64,000 bases of DNA from Octopus bimaculoides (GCF_001194135.2 NC_068988.1:16688016-16752015), one strand, 5' to 3'; positions 25,231 through 38,945 are shown, counted from the first letter of the stretch. The notes: generated by a model from the letters alone, not told the origin. Translations and numbers: made by a program.

Positions 25231-26886
25231 NNNNNNNNNNNNNNNNNNNNNNNNNNNNNNNNNNNNNNNNNNNNNNNNNNNNNNNNNNNNNNNNNNNNNN
25301 NNNNNNNNNNNNNNNNNNNNNNNNNNNNNNNNNNNNNNNNNNNNNNNNNNNNNNNNNNNNNNNNNNNNNNNNNNNNNNNNNNNNNNNNNNNNNNNNNNNN
25401 NNNNNNNNNNNNNNNNNNNNNNNNNNNNNNNNNNNNNNNNNNNNNNNNNNNNNNNNNNNNNNNNNNNNNNNNNNNNNNNNNNNNNNNNNNNNNNNNNNNN
25501 NNNNNNNNNNNNNNNNNNNNNNNNNNNNNNNNNNNNNNNNNNNNNNNNNNNNNNNNNNNNNNNNNNNNNNNNNNNNNNNNNNNNNNNNNNNNNNNNNNNN
25601 NNNNNNNNNNNNNNNNNNNNNNNNNNNNTTTTTTCAAATGAATTACGTTATAACCTTATCCAACTATAGTTCTCATACTCGGTCATAATGTCTTACGTTT
25701 AAGATGATCCCCATACATTTCCCTGAGAAATTTACATTTTTAACATCGACGATTCCTATGGATCGCATAAATTGTAATTTTTCGAAACATATGTCGGAAT
25801 AAAGTATGCAGTTATAACATGCGTTCACATCATTCCTTAAATTTATATATACTCAAATACCCAAAATATCAAGGCGTTTCTGCCTCAAAAACAGGAATTA
25901 CACCACAGTTATTTTGTGATCTTTGCTACCCTGGTTTTTATTAACTCATTTATTCTATCCGAATTATTATTAATTAGGATAAAATAAATACATATAATTT
26001 AAATATATATATATATATATATATATGTATTGGATTGGTGCATAATTAACAGTCATTTTCAAAAGTTATTAATTATTACCTAAAGTATAAAACTGTCGTT
26101 TTGTTCAAATTGAGTTCTGCACAAAGCGAAGACCCCCACGAAGAAAAGACCCTGTGATGAATGTTTAGTATATCCTAGTGGCAAATGATGGAGCTTTAGG
26201 CCCTCCGCCCTTTTTGGTTAGGACTGGCGTATACGCGAAGAATAAAGTATCAATTTTCAACTTTTTCAGAATAGAAGACCCCACTGACAATTCTCTAATT
26301 GGGCCCCGTACTTCCTAGCGCCTCCCCTGCATACACACACACACACACACACAGAAACACACACACATGTACATATATGGATATGTATGTACGCAGATAC
26401 ATACATAAATTCATGATACATACATGCATACATAAATACATATTTGCATACATATACATACATCCATGCACACTCGTACGTACACAAATCACACACATGC
26501 TTGTATATACATGCTAAGTCCTTCCTGAATGCGTGCTAAGAGCCCAAGGCTAATTAATGCCAATGGTAAATCAGATCGGAATAAAACTCAAGGCCAATTG
26601 ACATTACTCAGCTGAAAGGGCAGATGAAGACGTAATGATTGCAATATGCCTGGAGTCTATATTCCCAGCAAAGCTCATAAAGTAAATTCAGAATTTGCAC
26701 TGGAAAAACTCAAATAAAACGCATGACAAGATATGGTAACCGAATTCCGCCTAAATGTATTTGATATATTAACAGGGAAGGTATGCATTGGAAAATGTAA
26801 GTTCCGGTTATACTGAAAACAACAGAATAGTCACAGCAGCAATTATGAATACAATACTTATGTATGTATGTATGTATGTATGTATG

Positions 26887-27330
26887 TATGTCATTCAGTT
26901 TATTTCAAGAATTCCTGCCAGTGGAGAAAGATCCAAGGTTCCTTGATTGGAATTTCAACACCAATACCAGAGTATTTTTGTTTGTTTCTTTCTATGTATG
27001 TATGTATGTACGCTGCATGCATGCATGCATATATGTATGTATGTATGTAAGTATGGCCCAAGTATATGCTTGTGCAGATTTGTATGTTGTATGTATGTTT
27101 ACTCATGCATATAGTTGCATAGCTTGACATGCTCATATATATTTAAATGATAAAATTCTGGAAAGTTTTACAGACTTTTACAGTTCCTGTGATGGATTAG
27201 ATCTGTAGTCTTCGAATTAGCTTTCTCGCTTTGAGACACCTAATTTCTCAAGATTGCTATCTAGACAATGTGTTACATATCCCAGATTTCCAATAATTAC
27301 AGGTATAAACTTGAACTTGTAATCTGGAGA
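26887..27330. repeat. Unclassified repeat H, longer copy with internal (TATG)n
   Basis: Left part matches the reverse complement of 6680-6783; 27102-27150 matches 63365-63410. Confidence 0.6.
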
Positions 27331-27395
27331 GAGTAACTGCAGATTTCTCAATATATATTGTGCACGTAATACATATGTATACATACGCATACGTA

Positions 27396-27466
<71 letters not shown>

Positions 27467-28888
27467 TTGTGTGTGTGTGCGTGCGTGTATGTGTGCGCGC
27501 GTGCGCTTGTGTGTTTCTATATATGTGTTTATATTTGTGTATGCATGTACATATATGTATATTTGTGTGTATATCTATATATACTCTTGAAATATTACAC
27601 AGTAAATAATGAATATATGTATAGATTATGCTAAGCTAAATAATAATTGCTCAAACACATATTCAATATTTTCATATTATATATATATATGCAAACATGT
27701 AAACAAAAAAGTCGTCCATAAGCCAGAACGTTTTAGGTAAAAGAAAATCAAATTTAGAAGGGAAAGAAACTTGGAAGTTAAATCATATTGACGTGTATTT
27801 CTATGTAAATCACATGGCTAAAGATATCAGCTGTCAAATTACTTTAGCTATATCTTCATTAGTTTGGTATGTGACAACTAATAATGATAAAGTAGATGAG
27901 AAACTCATAAATGTTAAGGTTAGGTCATGTTTCTAGCGCTGATTTACTTCTTTCGTTGTGATTTTTGTTGTTCGTGTTTTGAGTGTATATTCTATTTTCT
28001 TCTTTTATGGAGAATTTAACTATATATATCTAACGCTTTGCATGACGTGAATAATACAAGTAGCAATCTGAAATATTAGATGTTGCTCATATTCTATAAG
28101 TAGTGTAACTATAACTAAGTGAAATCTTATTTTGTAACAAGTATTGTTTGGTGTGAGATTGTATTTCTAACTAAATATAGTTGTCATTTTTCAACATTCT
28201 TTCTAAATGGAAAAACAATCACAAACTTAATGGCGAGTGATTTTGAGGAGTTATATTAATATATATGCCACTGGACATTTCAGGTATGGTATTAAAATGT
28301 ATAGCCATATGTGCGATGACGATTTTGCGTGTGCGTCACATAATTTGAAAGTTCGATCATTCCCAGAAATTTGAGATTAATATAAATATCTACTGACTTA
28401 TAAACGTCGTGTTGCATTGCAATGAAAATACGGTTTAGAAGTATGTTAGATTAAATCAAATCAGGTACTTATTGTTATTTATCCATCTGATAAGAGTGCA
28501 ATACTAAGTCGATGCCTTAATAACGGAACTGTTAAAACCCACAAAAGCTAAAATTCTTACAGAGTGCTGTATTAAGTTAAGCATCGCTGATATCTCTGTA
28601 TAATGATAAAGAGGCACATGATCTCATTAGATTATGTGCCCTTGAATAGCAGATCCTATGAGTCGCCTATATTAAAAACAGTAATAATAGACTTGAAATC
28701 AATGGTAATACTGCTCAGAAAAACACTTTTTAGAGAGTGCTTTTTTCGGACTTATGAACACCTGACCGATTCTTCACGATCCCTGGTCGCAGAATGTGTC
28801 GCAATAGGCTACCATGTGGTTTGAGCTTTATAGCTGCTGCATCGGTTGTGCGCATGTAACTTGTCACAAAAACAGTCTCTTTACAAAC

Positions 28889-30005
28889 ATGGAATTTTAC
28901 GTTGTTTATAACACAACGAAAATTATACGCACACCATCAATCGAACTAAGCATGTGGATGCAAGTTAAGAAGTCTGTCGACATTATAAGGCGCATGAGAT
29001 GGGAGACATACTTCTATGACCAAGCTTCATAATCGTCAGGGGCAAAAAAGGTACACTTCATATCCTGCAGTTCCTCACCCAGAACTACAGGGCATAATCA
29101 CCAAACTGAGATTCCGTAAGTTCTCCAACCCTATCCAGCGCAAGGTTTCTTCCAATATATGACTACTAAAAATACAGATAGGGTTTTACTGATCTCTGAT
29201 AAAATATTAGTAAATAAATAAATAAACAAAACATGTAAATGCTATGATAGGCTGTTAGATAATATCATCGTACAAGATTATTGATGGACTTCTCTGCACA
29301 CATACGATAGTATAAGTAACAGACCCGATTAGCTATCCAGCAATCTAGAGATAGCCTTTAGTTTCGAGTTGTTAGCGAAGAGAAATACTTTTATCAACAT
29401 TAAAAGATCACAAATTTAACTTCACTTCCAACGTCAAATGCTAATCGATTAACCCACCAAAATTGGAAATCGAGCTGACAAGCATATTTTGAGAAAGATC
29501 AACGATGACATAAAGATAACACGCAGTGTATCTTTATAGCGTAATTCCAATGAATGTATCTCATGGTTTAAGGCAAACCAGGGTAGAGGCTGAGCCAGGT
29601 TCTCTTAATTCGATATAGTAGGTTTACAACCGTTTATATCGATCGGGTTACTAGTTGAGGTGCTTATGTTCGCTAGGAAATTTGCTGACGTTAGTGATAT
29701 GGATATAAAAGTAATAATGCAGGCTAGAAAAATCCTGCAGTTGAATAAAGGATGGGCCTGTGTTACACCAACTAAGCCAGTAGGCTCCCTGAACATGGCA
29801 ATTGGAGAATTCAACAGTGCGAAAATCCGCAATTTCATGGGATGATGTATACTGGTGACCGTAAAGGAAATTTCCCGCCACTCTTGCGGTGGAAATGGAC
29901 AAACCTTAGATAAACTTAGGAAGCACCTAATTCACACGCTTAACACCCTTGGTCTTAAGATTAAAATTGATACCAATCTTGCCATAATTAACTTTTACAT
30001 ATTAC
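28889..30005 (+). mobile_element. Decayed Penelope-like element, ORF N-terminus and RT domain
   Basis: Translation across stops and frameshifts: IIRRMRWETYFY; GIITKLRFRK; VLLISDK; TFI(T)LKDHK; INPPK; HILRKIN; ISWFK; FDIVGLQPFIS; IMQARKIL; LNMAIGEFNSAKI; LDKLRKHLI..LGLKIKIDTNL..INF. This is the typical PLE RT motif order; the YRDD motif is missing. Confidence 0.82.
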
Positions 30006-31831
30006 GCTGTTAAATCGATCCACAGATGTACATACACACACACACATATATATGTACATATACATATATATATATGCATTCAAACATTGCCCCACACACA
30101 GATGCATGCACACACTAATACACACTTGCATGTATACTTAACTTCATTACGTGAATGCGAACATTGTTTTCCGTTTATATCCTCCATATTCTAAGTCCCT
30201 TTCTCTCTAACGTGTGTGACCATATTGATTTTCACTTTCACTGGTTCACCCAGGGCGATAGATTCAAAATTGTTTAGACCGATATCCCGTTGCTGTTTTG
30301 CTTCTGGTGTCTATGACTGAAGCGAGGTAATTCTTGTTGAATTTCCCTTTATTATCATGCTCCCCCTCGATCTTCACTGGTATATACCTATACTTGCGTT
30401 TGCTTGTATGTTCATGCGTGTATTTGAGTGTTTGTATGTCCTTGCGTTTTGTAGTGTTGTGTGTGTATGTGTATCTGCGTGCGCATTTGCAAGCGTTGAG
30501 AAAGTGACGTATTTTTAACGCCAAGTAACTTAATAGATGCCATTTATTAATGTATATATATTTCTCTGATACCACTGTAATATATAGAGTGTTAACTTTA
30601 AAACAGCTGAATATTTTAAAATGTTACTGACAATTTGTATTTTGTTTTGTATTTTTCAGGTAACAATTCTTCATATTTGGTTTGCGTTTTCAGAAATACA
30701 ATGCTGTTTTTATATGTCAGGTATTTATTAATTGTAATGAAGCAATAATGTTCGTTTCGTCTCTGATAGCTTGATTGTGTTGTTGCTGATTCTCGCAAAA
30801 CATGTATTGTGGGCATAAAATGGTGAATCATCCAAATAAAAATTTAACGACGCTATCGTTGTACACAATGTAAACTAGATTCTCATGTATGATGAAATTC
30901 AGTTACATAACAAAAAGCTGTGTATACTGTGGTAGCAAACTAGAGCGTACTTATCTAACGTGACATGAGTATAGTCGAGAGACTTCTATGGTGTTCTGTT
31001 TCCCCCGCCATGCCGCTCTGAATGACATAATTAGAAGGGGTCTCAAAAATTTAAGGAACGATTAGGCTTCTCTTACACTCCATTATATTTTCTTCTCAAT
31101 ACAACACTTATAACTGTACGTGAATTTTATCAGAAGATTTGAATTACAAGATAATACTACTTACAAAACTATATACCTAAGGATCAGAATGTAATAAAAG
31201 AAATTGATATTAAATTTAACATTAAACTAATTATAAATATAATTGTATGCTGCTATTATCGTTCCATGAACAACTATGCATCATTTAAAAAAAAAATGTT
31301 TTCTTAATCTGATGTCAGTATTAAAGATACACAAGGCCCATTATTGGAGGTTGTACAAGTAAATATAAATGTAAAATACATGAAAGGCACATAATTCTTT
31401 CGACGTTTTCATGTTTCTTATGCGATGAACCATAACAGTAACAAATGGTCATTCTTTTTAGTGCTAAATCCATTAAAGATTTTGGACAAGGCACACTGCA
31501 TAATAATACAATATTGTATAGCAAAATCTTTTGTTTCCACACAATGGAACGTCTTCGAAATAAAATAACGAAACAAACTTTGTTCCAACCGTTGGGGGCA
31601 AACATCAAGTTTTAAGTGACTGGTGAAGTATGATGTGAAGAAAATATTGATTGAATCGTACCTTCGGAATTTAATTCCATTCGATTTGAATCTCTGAAAT
31701 GTTCCATCTGTTTTGTAGAAAAAGTATTGGGAGAGAATATGTAACATACTTATTTTGATATTTCATACGCCGTTATGAGAATATTAGTATTATGTGGTTG
31801 TTACGTTTGTTTCATTTATACATACCACTAA

Positions 31832-31900
<69 letters not shown>

Positions 31901-32002
31901 NNNNNNNNNNNNNNNNNNNNNNNNNNNNNNNNNNNNNNNNNNNNNNNNNNNNNNNNNNNNNNNNNNNNNNNNNNNNATATATATATTCCAACATTTTGCT
32001 AA

Positions 32003-32088
32003 TATCACGGTCCTATCCTTTCATCTATACAATACAAATGTATATGTATAGGTATACTTATGTATAGACGAAAGATAGGATCGTGATA
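32003..32088. repeat. Short inverted repeat (about 29-bp arms), mini-MITE-like hairpin
   Basis: TATCACGGTCCTATCCTTTCATCTATACA versus TGTATAGACGAAAGATAGGATCGTGATA (reverse complement, few mismatches). Confidence 0.8.
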
Positions 32089-32198
32089 ATAGCGAGATAT
32101 CGGAATTGACTAAACATCGAAGATCGTGTATCGAGTGCTTTTATTCTCACTTTTTGCAAACAAGTTCAAGACACACAGTCCCACATACATATGCGCTT

Positions 32199-32251
<53 letters not shown>

Positions 32252-32302
32252 CGTCTACCTATCTATCTAGTTATCTATCTATCTATCTATCTATCGATTT
32301 AC

Positions 32303-32382
<80 letters not shown>

Positions 32383-32384
32383 TC

Positions 32385-32458
<74 letters not shown>

Positions 32459-32460
32459 GT
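32199..32460. repeat. Long (ATCT)n tetranucleotide array followed by (CA)n
   Basis: Direct reading; source of the YLSI pseudo-ORFs. Confidence 0.95.
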
Positions 32461-32480
32461 ATCTCTATGTTTGCACACCC

Positions 32481-32536
<56 letters not shown>

Positions 32537-33167
32537 TATATGTATGTGTATATATCTGCATATATATGTATGTATGATTCGTATACATTTATACGTTCAT
32601 ATAACTTTATATATTTACATCAGTCTACATTACTTCATTTTATATATTTGTATTTTTTTTCACCATTCACATTCAGGCCCATCTTCTATATGAAAAATCA
32701 ATATTTTCTTAAAAACATATAATGTAGGTTTGCGTCTTGTCGTTACAGATTGATTTTTATATTTTGCTTCTCTTTCCACACTTATTCCTCACCAAGATCT
32801 GCATCTTTACTTTATATCTCATTATACAAAAATCTGTCTATATCTAAAGGAGTCGTGTGAAGAACAGAAGCAAAAGGAAGTAAACTCAGGTCAGGAAATA
32901 TCAAAACAAAGCTATTATTTCGAAGACAAAAAGACGCCACAAGGTGGTTTCATAAAAAAGCATGTGGATAAAAAAAATGAAAAATTAACCAACACGAAAT
33001 GGTAGCATAGATGAGAAGACAGAACGGAAGAAGGCAGATTCAGCTCCAGTAAAGGAAGTAAATATGACAAAGCATATAACTAGAGAAAGGAGGATAGGCA
33101 AATGCAAGAAAACACATTTCGATAATATTCATAAGAAATATGAAGATATTCATATCTTCTTACTTTT

Positions 33168-33360
33168 TATCCTTTACTTGTGTCAGTCGTTTGACTGCGG
33201 CCGTGCAGGTGCAGAACCTTGAACGGTTTTAGTCGAACAGATCGACCCCAGGACTTATTGTCTTTAAAAACCTAGTACATATTCTAACAGGCCCGATTGC
33301 TGAACCGCTAGGTTATGTGTACTTTAATACAGAAGCACCAGTTGCCAACCGGTTTTAGGA
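33168..33360 (-). mobile_element. SINE family B, 3' half
   Basis: TTTACTTGTGTCAGTCGTTTGACTGCGGCC...GATCGACCCCAGGACTTATT...GCTGAACCGCTAGGTTA matches the reverse complement of the 40174 copy tail. Confidence 0.8.
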
Positions 33361-33521
33361 CGAAACTCCGGCATTCCAAGCGGGACTTACCTGAATCGCA
33401 AAGCTACACAAACACATAAACACAACCACATACACACAAATACACGCACACACGCACGTACGCACAAACACACAAACAAACACAAGCACATTTATGCACA
33501 GACACATTCACACACACACAA

Positions 33522-33570
<49 letters not shown>

Positions 33571-34574
33571 AAACAACAAAACAAAAAAATGGAACAAGAA
33601 CGTAATAGGTAACAAGAAAACATTTGGACAGTTAGACGCTATAAAAAAGACAGGAGAAACAAGGACGGGTCATTCGCAGCTTTCAATCTTCAGTCGAATA
33701 CAAGATGGTCATTGCAGTTTCGGCCTGTTACTTTCGAGACAGCTCTAATCTGGCTGGCCCCAAGAAAATGTAAGCTAAGAGCACTAGATTCTTTGGAAGA
33801 AAGCAAGCCAATAAATACTAAAACAAGGACAAAAAATAAATAGTACATAGTTACAAATACAAACAACAGGACAGTAAAAACGGGTGTCTTTCGACACGTG
33901 ACGAATTAAATTAAGCTGGGGTGTGTGGAAGTGAAACTTTACGACAGGAACATAGAAGATGAAAGTCATGGGAAGGAATATAAGAGATGCTACATGGATG
34001 GTAGTCGAACCAAGAAAGAAAGGTTAGGTTTGGCCGAACGTCGGTCACGTGGAAGGAGAGGAGAGAGGTAGGTGGTAGAGGGATTGAAGAATTGGGGAGG
34101 GACGAGACAGACAGAAAGAAGGAAAGCGACAGCGTGAGGAAAAGAAGGAAAGTGATCAGAATGAAGGGAAGAGCAAGTAATGTGAGAGAGGATGGGCCTC
34201 CATACACATTCTATTTATCACACACAGTCACAAATCATCGGTCAGCCAGGGCTATAATAGTTATCAGGACAAAACTTCAAAGCATGTAGTACTCAAGTAT
34301 ACCGCTGTAAAGTTTCTACATATCTACCAGTATATATTGCATCGGAAGGATATATTTACATCGGGAGAATAAAAAGAAAAGCAGATGTTAGGTTTACAGG
34401 AATTAGAACCTCTCTTAAGTCTTATAAAGCGCCCTTTATAAAGTGAGTGTGGAACTTGAGTGTACGTGTGGCTGTGGAAATACATGTAGGCATGTCTGCG
34501 AGGAGGTGTGTACGAGTGAAACGCCGTGTGCGCGTTTGTTTATATTTCTATGTATATGTGTGTGCGTGTGAAAT

Positions 34575-34795
34575 CTGGCCCTTTGAAATTCAGGTACAAC
34601 AGAAACAGGAAGAACGATTGAGAGGAAGTTGTGGTGAAAGAGTACAGCAGGGTTCGCCACTACCCTCGCCGGAGTCTCGTGGAGCTTTAGCTGTTTTCGC
34701 TCAATAAACACTCACAACGCCCGGTCTGGGAATCGAAACCGCGATCCTACGACTGCGAGTCCTCTTCCCAAACCACTGGGCCATTGCGCCGCCAC
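34575..34795 (-). mobile_element. SINE family A, 5' two-thirds
   Basis: Collinear with 18490-18705; B box GGTTTCGATTCC. Confidence 0.88.
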
Positions 34796-35432
34796 TATAC
34801 GTATGTGTGTGTGCATGTGTATGTATGCATATATATATACATACATATATAAATATNNNNNNNNNNNNNNNNNNNNNNNNNNNNNNNNNNNNNNNNNNNN
34901 NNNNNNNNNNNNNNNNNNNNNNNNNNNNNNNNNNNNNNNNNNNNNNNNNNNNNNNNNNNNNNNNNNNNNNNNNNNNNNNNNNNNNNNNNNNNNNNNNNNN
35001 NNNNNNNNNNNNNNNNNNNNNNNNNNNNNNNNNNNNNNNNNNNNNNNNNNNNNNNNNNNNNNNNNNNNNNNNNNNNNNNNNNNNNNNNNNNNNNNNNNNN
35101 NNNNNNNNNNNNNNNNNNNNNNNNNNNNNNNNNNNNNNNNNNNNNNNNNNNNNNNNNNNNNNNNNNNNNNNNNNNNNNNNNNNNNNNNNNNNNNNNNNNN
35201 NNNNNNNNNNNNNNNNNNNNNNNNNNNNNNNNNNNTATATATATATATATATGCGATGTGTATATGCATGGATGTACTATAATGGATATTTAATGAATTA
35301 TTGTCTTTGCAGTAGACCCATAGTTAAATCCTCCGGCCTTTCTGTCCATATGGTGTATATTTGCCGTTTGCATGACAAACTGCTATAATTTCTCAACCCT
35401 TCGAACATGTTGAAACAAATATATTTACTTAC

Positions 35433-35659
35433 AAATTATCACGCACATGCATGGATTTAGTCGGATTGAAGCAACACGTTTTGACAAGCAGTTTCACCCA
35501 TAATGATTTTTCTCTATGCTTCGTTTCTTTTTCTTCCCTCGTATCAAATTGACTCAATAAGTTTCTTTTCTGCGTGAGAGAAAATTGATTTATAAATATC
35601 TCCTCACCAATTTCGCCACTTAAGTTACTCTCTTCCCATATTGTTTCGCTTTTACAGCT
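35433..35659 (-). CDS. Candidate internal coding exon (227 nt, phase 0 to 2) of an unidentified gene
   Basis: Acceptor CTGTGTCTATTTACCAATATTCAG|AGC, donor TT|GTAAGT, only one frame open: SCKSETIWEESNLSGEIGEEIFINQFSLTQKRNLLSQFDTREEKETKHREKSLWVKLLVKTCCFNPTKSMHVRDN. No homologue recognised. Confidence 0.4.
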
Positions 35660-36060
35660 CTGAATATTGGTAAATAGACACAGTTTATAGGTATGTCCTA
35701 CCAACAGAATCATACCAGCTTAGAAAAATTTCAGTAGTAACCAAACCTTATTTTGGGTATGCCCCTAATATTGTGCGTTGAGAGCACGTCTACCACATAC
35801 AGCTTCATTTGTTGCATTATTTACCTACCACTCCCTGAATGCCTAATTAATGGATTTGTGAACTACTATAAATGTAGTCATTATACCAAAACCATCCTTC
35901 CATACACAGTAGCGAAATATACATGTAATTTGCTGATGTTTCCTCTGTACTGTCTTTGAAAACATGCGAAACAACCTTGAAATGAAAAAAATAATCCACG
36001 AAACAAAACTCCATTGCTGCGGAACTCAGGGTTTCCTGGTGACCCAACAGGTCACAGGTA

Positions 36061-36103
<43 letters not shown>

Positions 36104-36501
36104 CTATTCAAAAAAGGATCTAGTAACTCCTACTATTTCTCACCAGTTATAAGTAATAGACATTACCTATAACTGTATTTTTCATTTGGTTGTGGATCTT
36201 ACAAACGCACTCTTATTCTACACTCATCCCCTTCCCCTCTTCTTGACGAACTAGATTGACAACTGAAATACACTAATATCCTTGACTGGGGATATTACAT
36301 GTGTCTTACTTCTCTTTTAAATCTGTCTCCCTTCTCACTCTTCGATGACGGGTACTCATTTTATGGAATTCTTACTCAATAAGATGATTCACACGCTTGG
36401 CTATTCTAGAAACTGATGGAAGGGAGTCTGTATATCTATATTCTTTATTTAGATTAAAAGTATTTTTCCTTTGATGGAAAACAGTTCGATTTTTCATTTT
36501 C

Positions 36502-36540
<39 letters not shown>

Positions 36541-36606
36541 NNNNNNNNNNNNNNNNNNNNNNNNNNNNNNNNNNNNNNNNNNNNNNNNNNNNNNNNNNNN
36601 NNNNNT

Positions 36607-36860
36607 CCGAATCGCTCTGCTCGGTTTCATTCCAATGAACTTGGCATCGGTAATCGGTCGATAAGGCGGCGTTTCGTCCCAAAACAGTTACGGTTCAGTA
36701 AGGCAGTGGGTGTTTTTCAATTTCCGTCTTTCACATCCACTTAGAAAGATTGCGTTGATCTGAGGCTACAGTAGAAAACATTTGCCCAAATTGTCATGCA
36801 GAGGTAACTGAACCCAGAACCATGTAGTTGGGAAGCAAACTTTTAACCACAGTCATACAC
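36607..36860 (-). mobile_element. SINE family B, diverged 5' part
   Basis: GAGGCTACAGTAGAAAACATTTGCCCAA...GAACCCAGAACCATGTAGTTGGGAAGCAAAC matches the reverse complement of the B head. Confidence 0.7.
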
Positions 36861-37242
36861 TCTTGCGCGCGCACACACACACATACTCGCATATGTATAT
36901 TGAATTTTTATCCAAGTTTAGAATTTCTATTTAAATCTACCCTTCCAACTTGGCACAATCCTCTCTAAAGAATTTGTGTTTTCTTTCTATTTTTATCCGT
37001 CAACTAGATTACACGCAGAACAGGTTGAAATTTCAGAAACGCATGCATCTCTTAGAGTTATACCTTATATTAGATGACTGATATGAAGATTTTATCCAAT
37101 TAAATTCATTTCTAAAATTCCGGTCGACTGCTGTCTGTGTTAAACCCACTCACCTAGTGTGCCACATAAAGAGCCATCGACTGATGATCGCAGAGTTAAC
37201 TTCAAACCTACTCAGACGTAATTAAATTTATGCACATACAAA

Positions 37243-37273
<31 letters not shown>

Positions 37274-37351
37274 CACACAGAGACACTCACAGACACACAG
37301 ACAAATGTACAGACACATACGTACACAGACACACAAAGACACACACTCATG

Positions 37352-37414
<63 letters not shown>

Positions 37415-38256
37415 GAGTGTGTGTGTGTGTGTGCGCGCGCGTGCGAGTGGGTGTGTTTGTATGTGTAGAAGTTAGATTGAGCGTTCGTATATGTTTTTCT
37501 GTATGTATTAGCTATGTTCCACAATTATTAGAAACACTAGGTGTGCTTTAATCTAAATATCACTTCACCTTTGATTCTCAGCATATTCCTTTCTTTCTCA
37601 TTCATTTCCGCTTACATGTACTCTCTCCATCTTTATATCCGGATGTTACGTCTTTAATCAATACATGCATTGCACGTAACATTATTTTCACTAAATATAA
37701 TGTCATTCCTTCTATCTGCGTAGGCAAGCGTAGATTGTCTTCTCTTTATTCTGTCAATGTCTCTCCGTTTCTATTTATCTCATGTTCACCAATTTCTCTC
37801 CGCCCACATTGCAGATGGATTTCTCAGTGTCTTTCTATACACATCACTGCTTGAAGCCTATATATGTCATATCTTACATAGCTTTATTCATTTTTTTTCC
37901 ACCGCAGGCAAATTCATGCATGCATGCATACATACATACATACATACGTACATACACACATATATACATACATGCTTACATACATACACTCATAAATACA
38001 TACATGCATACATACATACACACACACACACATATATATAAATACATGCATACATACATACATACATACACACATACACACATTTACATATATACATACA
38101 TACACATACATATATACATACATACAAACATACATGCTTTCATACATACAAATAATTATCTATGTATGCATGTTTACACACTTCGTATATATGCACTTTT
38201 TCGTGATTTACTGTCAAAAGCTACGAAATTAATTTTAATAAGTGCCATCCAGAAAA

Positions 38257-38516
38257 CTCGTGAAATTCATGTGCAACTGGTTGAGTACTCCACAGAAACG
38301 CATACTTTCAATGTTGTTCTGAGAAAGATTCAGCCTTGCACAGAATGTGGGGCCAGGCTGCCACTTTCAAATGCAGGTAGTACTAATTTTCGCCAGCTGA
38401 GTGGACTGGAGCATCGTTATATTAAGGGTCTTGCCCAAGGAGGAATCGAACACCTAACGCGTGGAGGAATGGAACACCTAACCTTACGATCATGAGCTGA
38501 ATACCCTAACCTCTGA
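38257..38516 (-). mobile_element. Chimeric SINE G: D/E-type head and CORE-like centre joined to a family-A tail
   Basis: 38257-38380 aligns with the family A 3' region (CTCGTGAAATT..GAGTACTCCACAGA); 38390-38440 is CORE-like (minus strand CCTTGGGCAAGACC..GCTCCAGTCCACTCAGCTG). Confidence 0.7.
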
Positions 38517-38622
38517 GGCACAAAACTTCATACAAGCACGCACAAAGTATCACACACACACATATGTACACACACACATACACAAACACATATATATGCG
38601 TGTGTGTTTGTGTGTTTGTGTT

Positions 38623-38655
<33 letters not shown>

Positions 38656-38660
38656 GTATG

Positions 38661-38695
<35 letters not shown>

Positions 38696-38945
38696 GTTTG
38701 TGTGTGTGTGCAGAGTTTTAGTGCGGTGTTCTTTTTCATGACTCTGATATTTCCGAGTTCCATTTATTCTAATACACACACGCACGCACACACAAACACA
38801 CGCACTCACACACACGCATACACACACACACACACGCACACACACATACACACACGTACACACACGTACACACACACACACACACACACTCACATACAGA
38901 CGCACGCATACAGACACACACGCGCATACATGTACGCATATGGTG

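Noticed and set aside
26640-26760. Possible RTE RT remnant (IPAKLIK*IQNLH)
   Set aside because: A single weak motif; neighbouring RT motifs were not recovered.
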